Below, in pieces: positions 63,301 to 64,000 of a stretch of 64,000 nucleotides of DNA; position 1 is the stretch's first letter, and each line of letters opens with the position of its first letter. The stretch is taken from positions 1,274,880 to 1,338,879 of the forward strand of contig CM074810.1 of NCBI GenBank assembly GCA_037447605.1. The letters run 5' to 3'. The translations under genes were made by a program, and so were the position numbers. Source of the stretch: Zygnema circumcarinatum SAG 698-1b. Lineage: Eukaryota > Plantae > Zygnematophyceae. The notes beneath the pieces were generated by a model that was not told where the DNA came from, ran no database searches, and saw only the letters and a list, made by a program, of their open reading frames with translations.

Positions 63301-64000
63301 TAAAGCACGGAAAGCAAGATGAGCTGTTAAATTACAAAATAAAATTTAGTTGAAAATGAAGCTGAGTAGAATTCAGATTACACCATAATCCATAATGACA
63401 ATTGCTATCCTGTGAAGAGTGGACACCAAAAATAGGTCACCTCTTGCAAGATCAATATTTCAAATAGAGGCTTCTAGACGTTCTTATCACAATCTAACAC
63501 CGGATATTAAGAGGTACCATGACTCTCCTCCATATGCCAGCATAGAAGAGTTTAAATTAGAAAGGAAACCATATATAGATTGTAAGATCACGACTGCTGT
63601 GCTAAATCAACAAAACGTATCTAGCTATTCCCTGAATAGGCCATACTCATGTTGTGTTATTGGCTGTTCTCCCAAAATACAAAAACAAAACAAAAAAATA
63701 TAACAACAGAATGGTGTGGGTTTATGCCTCAGTGGGCTCCATTTTCAAAGGCAACGTCTTCTTTCAACGAAAACTACACACTAACGCAGAAATTATTACG
63801 ACATCTTGACATTAATATCTGAAACATCAGGATTAGACGGGTAGAAATGGAGGTCAATCGACCAGTCGTTAAAACTTACCACCTAAGAGCAATTTTGATT
63901 GGAGTTGTTAAGCACGAGGTAAATACATCTGCTGGAAACTCTGCATTCTGTGGTAGAATCTCGTCAGCACCACAAGCAGCTAATAGGATGCAATCCTTTA
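54359..64000 (-). CDS. RAPTOR: RAPTOR (TORC1 subunit), 5'-truncated by the window edge
   Basis: [114 protein letters not shown] and WD40 exons, ending [20 protein letters not shown]...[10 protein letters not shown]. Confidence 0.97.
54564..54731. repeat. ~92-bp tandem duplication in the last RAPTOR intron
   Basis: gccacatcagggcccatccatcc...catgacccata.ccatgccaacccatgagccgctac occurs twice (54564, 54656). Confidence 0.85.
56514..56909. repeat. ~133-bp tandem triplication in a RAPTOR intron
   Basis: Units start aagagatatgaaatcctcaatatc at 56514, 56647 and 56781 and are nearly identical. Confidence 0.92.
57195..57362. repeat. Interrupted (AAC)n microsatellite in a RAPTOR intron
   Basis: About 50 AAC units with A insertions. 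Confidence 0.95.

Overview
Eukaryotic nuclear DNA, gene-dense with many GT-AG introns. The gene content (KAI2-like hydrolase, TPLATE subunit TWD40-2, plant-type eIF2B-alpha, RAPTOR, RabE) points to a streptophyte, probably an alga; this is inference, not a database result. I reconstructed 12 protein-coding loci by hand-splicing: two tandem RabE/Rab8 GTPases, a KH-domain protein, an N-myristoylatable cyclophilin, a GH5 cellulase with a Pro/Ser stalk and hydrophobic tail, a KAI2-like hydrolase, Derlin-2, a PAF-acetylhydrolase-family lipase, eIF2B-alpha, TWD40-2, a ~79-aa ZC3H15/TMA46-C-terminal-like protein and the 3' part of RAPTOR. There is also one intronless orphan ORF. Best candidate for something new: the KAI2-like gene appears to splice in frame onto a 222-codon upstream exon that starts with a dual-acylation motif (MGGCVS) and carries two basic repeats, which would give a membrane-tethered KAI2-family protein. 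Other notable items are a dispersed family of hairpin arrays beside the orphan ORF with a TA-flanked Tc1/mariner-type MITE nested in it, a second TIR element, a perfect (CT)~540 intronic tract and dense G-box clusters. All homology calls rest on motif recognition from memory; no searches were run.
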